The position numbers and the translations under genes are program-made. The notes beneath the pieces were generated by a model. The model was given only the letters and a program-made list of their open reading frames with translations, made no database searches and had not been told where the DNA came from. Positions 59,402 to 64,000 of a stretch of DNA of 64,000 nt are shown in pieces. Each line of letters begins with the position of its first letter. The first letter of the stretch is position 1. Source of the DNA: a cyanobacterium endosymbiont of Rhopalodia gibba (GTDB lineage: Bacteria > Cyanobacteriota > Cyanobacteriia > Cyanobacteriales > Microcystaceae); contig CP067995.1 of assembly GCA_045159875.1 (NCBI GenBank), positions 800,001-864,000 of the forward strand. The letters are read 5' to 3'.

Positions 59402-60541
59402 ATGAAATGTTTTTTGACTAAATTACCTCCTAAAGTGATTAATTTACTAATTACTGTTATTGTTCTAACCGCAGTTATTTTTTATTTATATTTTATTAGA
59501 TTTCAAGGAAATATCACAGGATTTTTTCGTATTGGTTCAATCTTAGAACTTTCTCCTTTTCTTGATCCTGAAACTACTAAAATTTATCAAGGAGAAATAG
59601 GCTATGATGGGCAGCAATTTCTCAGTTTAGCCCTCGATCCTTTTTTGCAAAATTCTGAAACTATCAACACTCTTGATCATCCAATTTATCGCTACCGTCG
59701 AATTTTATATCCTTTAATTAGCTATCTCTTCAGTTTTGGTAATCGGACTTTAATTCCTCATGTAATGGTTGCCATCAATTGCCTATCAATTATAGGTATT
59801 GTGTGGATCACTAGCTTATATTTTCAATTGAATAAAGAGCAAAAATGGCAGCCATTATTAACGTTATGTATTCCTGGTGTTTGGATAGTTCTTTCTTTAG
59901 GGACTGCAGACTTACTCAGTAGTTTATTATTAATACTTTCATTCTATTGTTATCGATATAACAAACCAATTTGGACAGCTTTTACTATTTCTTTAGCTTG
60001 TTTAACTAGAGAAACTTTACTATTAATCTGGCTAGCTATTTTGTTTACTAGTATCATTCAAAAGAAAAAAGAACAAAGCAAACAATTATTATGGGCTTGG
60101 ATACCTCCCTTTTTATGGACAATTTATATTAGTTCTTTAAACTTACCAGGTACTGTTAGAGTAAAAGCCAACTTTGGTTATCCTTTTATGGGTATTTATC
60201 ACAAATTTAGTTCTCTATTAATGGGAGGATTTAAAGGAGTAAATTTATTTGAAGCTTATTTATTTATTCTGATTTTTATTATTTTTATAACTATATTCAT
60301 AATTAGTACATCTCATCGAAAAGATAATCAATTAATTCAATTAAGTACCCTTCTGTATGGCGCTATGTTTGTGATGAGTAGCATGACAATACTGAACTAT
60401 TATTTAGATTATTTACGGGTTTTTATAGATGTTTACTTTTTCTTATTATTGAGTATAAATACCAATAAAATTCCTATTAAATCAATTTTATTTTTGGCTG
60501 TAGGATTGGGAAGTTTTGCCTTTTTAACTTTACATTCTTAA
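59402..60541 (+). CDS. Polytopic membrane protein, GT-C-like (AZOBR_p60025-like surface glycopolymer family)
   Basis: GYDGQQFLSLALDP, YRYRRILYP, LACLTRET; many TM segments. Confidence 0.7.
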   Translation: MKCFLTKLPPKVINLLITVIVLTAVIFYLYFIRFQGNITGFFRIGSILELSPFLDPETTKIYQGEIGYDGQQFLSLALDPFLQNSETINTLDHPIYRYRRILYPLISYLFSFGNRTLIPHVMVAINCLSIIGIVWITSLYFQLNKEQKWQPLLTLCIPGVWIVLSLGTADLLSSLLLILSFYCYRYNKPIWTAFTISLACLTRETLLLIWLAILFTSIIQKKKEQSKQLLWAWIPPFLWTIYISSLNLPGTVRVKANFGYPFMGIYHKFSSLLMGGFKGVNLFEAYLFILIFIIFITIFIISTSHRKDNQLIQLSTLLYGAMFVMSSMTILNYYLDYLRVFIDVYFFLLLSINTNKIPIKSILFLAVGLGSFAFLTLHS

Positions 60542-60699
60542 CTCTAAATTTATTTACGATAATGTACTATAGCTTTTTTGTTTAATTTCTGATAGTAGCT
60601 GTTAAATATTCAGGAGTGATTCTGGAAAATTAAAAGATTTTAAAATAAAATCATAAGTGTTAAAAATTAATATTGATAATTAATAGATTTTTGTTGTTA

Positions 60700-61800
60700 T
60701 TTTATATTAAGTTAACTTAAAATTATATGATTTTTTTCTTGTAAATAAACTAAATGTAGTGATTTTTTAGTTCAGTTTTTTGAATTTTAATTATATATAC
60801 TTTATAAATTTAACTTTTTAAAGATTATTGATATTCATTGATTTAACAAAATTTAAACAAAAAAATATTCGTTATTCTTATTTACCTATTATGAGAATAA
60901 TTTTGATATTATCCTCATAATTATTTTTTCTAAAAAAAAAGTTTTTATTACGAATATTTTTCTTATAAATAAAATTTATTCATACTAAATTAGTAGTATC
61001 CAATAAAATAGTATTTTACTAAATAAATTTAAAACTTAAAAATCAACAAAATTAATTAAATACAAAATATTTTTTTAATTATTTAATTAAATATTAACTT
61101 ATTTAATTGGAGAAACATATCTGCCACTACTGCAGTTAAAAATATTAATTTACCAAAAATATTTTTTGTATTCTTTTTAATTTTGATTTAAAAATCTATT
61201 TCTCAAGATTATAGTATTTTAATTTTCTTTTGAAAATACTTAGTTTCTATATTTTTAAACTTATTTTTTTCTATTAATTAACTTTTATGAAATATTTTTT
61301 TTATTTTCTAGACACGGTAATTTTATTAAAAATTAACTGCATTAAATTCAATATTTTATGTTTTTTATCTGTATTTTTAGGACTAACTTTTTGAGTATTG
61401 TCTCTATTCCTTATTTACTCACTTCATTGTTTTTAACAACATTCTTACTTTTGCCAGTAAAAAACCTCTTTAATAATTTTTGTATAAAATATTTTAATAT
61501 ATGTTCTCTCTGAGAAATAATTAACTCTAATGTGAATTTATTTCCAGATTGACTACATTTCATTTAAAGACGATCTATCTTGAGATAGACAGCTCTTTCT
61601 GTCCAAGGTAAATCTTTGTTAATTTATTATTTTTTGATAAAATTTCCTATTGGTTAATTCAGAATAAATACAAGTTGCCATTTTGTCAGCCAATAACACT
61701 ATTTCTATTTTATTTTAGATCTAATAATAGATAACGGTGGATTCTACAAAATTTCAAATCTCATTTATAAATCTAGGTTTATCATTTAACACTATCTATA
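60700..61800 (-). mobile_element. Decayed ISL3-family transposase (limits approximate)
   Basis: KDLPWTERAVYLKIDRL*MKCSQSG, KIIKEVF..KNVVKNNEVSK*GIETILK, AVVADMF (cf. VADRFH). Confidence 0.75.
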
Positions 61801-63008
61801 AGTAGAAATAAGATCTAAATGTTATATATAGTAAAATATAACCTATACAAATGATATATCAGAATATTATCGTTGTCATAATTACAACTTTTATATATTT
61901 ATCATTAATAATCAAACTTTGCTTTTATATATACAAAATATATAAAAAGTATTATTGTATTAATAATTGCTATCAATCAACAGTCATTACCTAATCTACC
62001 TATTATAAATATTTAATATTTTATTTATATAGCGGTACAAATATAGATTATCACTTTACTGTAAGGTAAACAGTGCATCAGGCTACAAAGTTCCGCAAGA
62101 ATATCAATTTTTAAGCATAATTGATAGTTCTATAAATAAGCTTTAAGAATAGTTTTTTGGAATAAATTTTGAATAAAAATAAAGAATAGGTTAACTTTCA
62201 AAAAATTCTATCATTAAGTAACTAACCTCTAATTCTTCTGTTGATATTTTTTAGAGTAACCCCTGTGCTTGATATTTTATTTAATTGCTTTAGCTAAATT
62301 AGATTAATTTTTAAATATTTTTGTGGCAATTTTATTGACTTTTATTTGATGCAATTCTCCTTTTATTCTATTCATTTATGAACCATAAATCAGTAGACAA
62401 CCATGAATATAATCTTTTAAATTCTTATTTGTTCGGTTTAGTTTTAAATAAATTATTTGTATACACTAAGTCATTATCAAGAAAATTTAGATATTAATAA
62501 ATCATTTCATTATTTTTTGAAGACTATTAAAGATAGTCAATATTATTCCTTGGTTCAAGTTCTTTTTATTCCACCTCTTGGATAATTGAAAAACCTTTCT
62601 ATTCCTTAAATAATTTGCATAGTAATTAGCTTTCTATGGTTTCATATCGGTTGAATTTTATTTGACTTTTTATACTTTTGTATTTAAACATAAAATCTCT
62701 ATGTTTGTTCGAGTTGTGAAGATATTTTTTGGGGAGGGAGTCAATTTTGATAGTTATTACTGTTTTAATTCTGTCGGCTAATTTTTTTAAAAAGCTGACA
62801 TCTAGCGGGCTTTTTTTTGAGTACTTTTATATTTTACATTTCTTGAAATTCACTTTTTTAAAGAGGAGTTATAAAGAGAATCTAATTCTTCATGACTTGC
62901 GTAAGAGCTAATCGGTAAAACTGGGATAGACTATTGAGAAAGCGATATAGACTGCGCTCCCTGTCGGCGCGTTTTCAGCGTTTTCCTCTAGCTTAAATTT
63001 CAGCAACA

Positions 63009-63953
63009 ATGTATACTCAATCAAGTGTGTGGGTAACTTCATCAACCGCTAATATCTTAACACCAACTGTAATCGCTCTTGGCAATTTTGATGGTCTCCA
63101 CTTAGGACACAGAAATGTTTTACAACCCATTTGTCTTTCCTCAATTAAAACAGTCTCATCTTACTCTACTGTTGTTACCTTTACCCCACACCCTCAAGAG
63201 TTTTTCACTGGACAAACTCGACAACTTCTTACTCCTCTATCTGAGAAAATAAACCGGCTAAAATATCTAGAAATACAACAATTAGTTAGATTACCTTTTA
63301 ACCGAGAATTAGCTGCCTTAAGTCCCCAAGAATTTGTAGCACAGATGTTGGTCAAACATCTTCAAGTTCGACAGATAAGTGTCGGAGAAGATTTTCGCTT
63401 TGGACATAAACGGATGGGAACAGCTAAAGATTTAAGTGAAATTGCCGCTTCTTTTGGAATACTAGTTCACATTACTCCCTTAAAAACTTATTCAGGTCTA
63501 AAAAAGCGCATAAGTAGTTCTTTAATTCGTCGATGTCTTGTAGAAGGAGACGTAACACAAGCAAAACAGATGTTGGGCTATTCCTATTCTCTGATAGGAA
63601 CAGTGGTTAAAGGACAGCAATTAGGAAGAACTATTGGCTTTCCAACAGCTAATCTTAAACTTCCTCCAGATAAGTTGTTGCCTCGACAGGGGGTATATGC
63701 AGTTCGAGTGAAAATAAACCGAAAAGAAACGCTAAAAGGCTTGATGAATTTTGGTTGTCGTCCCACTGTTGCAGGAGAAATTCCTATAGTAGAAGTTCAT
63801 ATCTTAGATTGGTCAGGGGACTTATACCAACAATCTTTAACAGTTGAATTGGAAAAATTTTTACGTCCTGAACAACAATTTTTTTCCCTTGATAGACTTA
63901 AAGACCAAATAGTCCAAGACTGTTGTTTGGCCAGAAAAATTCTCTATCAATGA
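63009..63953 (+). CDS. ribF: Bifunctional riboflavin kinase / FAD synthetase
   Basis: ALGNFDGLHLGH, VGEDFRFG, ISSSLIR, GRTIGFPTAN; start may be GTG 63027. Confidence 0.98.
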   Translation: MYTQSSVWVTSSTANILTPTVIALGNFDGLHLGHRNVLQPICLSSIKTVSSYSTVVTFTPHPQEFFTGQTRQLLTPLSEKINRLKYLEIQQLVRLPFNRELAALSPQEFVAQMLVKHLQVRQISVGEDFRFGHKRMGTAKDLSEIAASFGILVHITPLKTYSGLKKRISSSLIRRCLVEGDVTQAKQMLGYSYSLIGTVVKGQQLGRTIGFPTANLKLPPDKLLPRQGVYAVRVKINRKETLKGLMNFGCRPTVAGEIPIVEVHILDWSGDLYQQSLTVELEKFLRPEQQFFSLDRLKDQIVQDCCLARKILYQ

Positions 63954-64000
63954 ATATAAAATTTTCCTATAATTTTAGAAAACCAACCAAGAACCCTTCA

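Noticed and set aside
62945..62995. GC-rich patch upstream of ribF as FMN riboswitch
   Set aside because: Lacks the conserved FMN aptamer motifs and is too short

Overview
64 kb of an AT-rich cyanobacterial chromosome (Cyanothece/Crocosphaera-like gene content) that is actively decaying. Housekeeping, respiratory and cofactor genes are intact: aroA, rplU/rpmA, ndk, groESL with K-box and CIRCE, pdxA, petM, coaX, ilvD, ctaCDE, ftsI, cobS, cobM, nadB, upp, ribF. The whole carbon-fixation cluster (ccmK-L-M-N, rbcL-X-S) is pseudogenised, as are psbU, menB, an esterase and a sensor kinase. The AT-rich spacers hold fossil ISL3, IS630 and IS605-type elements. This best fits a non-photosynthetic cyanobacterial endosymbiont such as a rhopalodiacean diatom spheroid body (inference). 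Most notable: (1) intact CO2-uptake NDH-1 subunits ndhF4/ndhD4 head-to-head with the dead carboxysome/RuBisCO operon; (2) an intact ORF resembling the Nakanori/JIP23 actinoporin-like lipid-binding family; (3) a two-domain RNase III-like protein with charge-reversed catalytic residues; (4) many unrelated perfect near-loopless palindromes; (5) erosion of HIP1 sites. All family calls were made by eye from remembered sequences; no searches were run, and pseudogene and IS boundaries are approximate.
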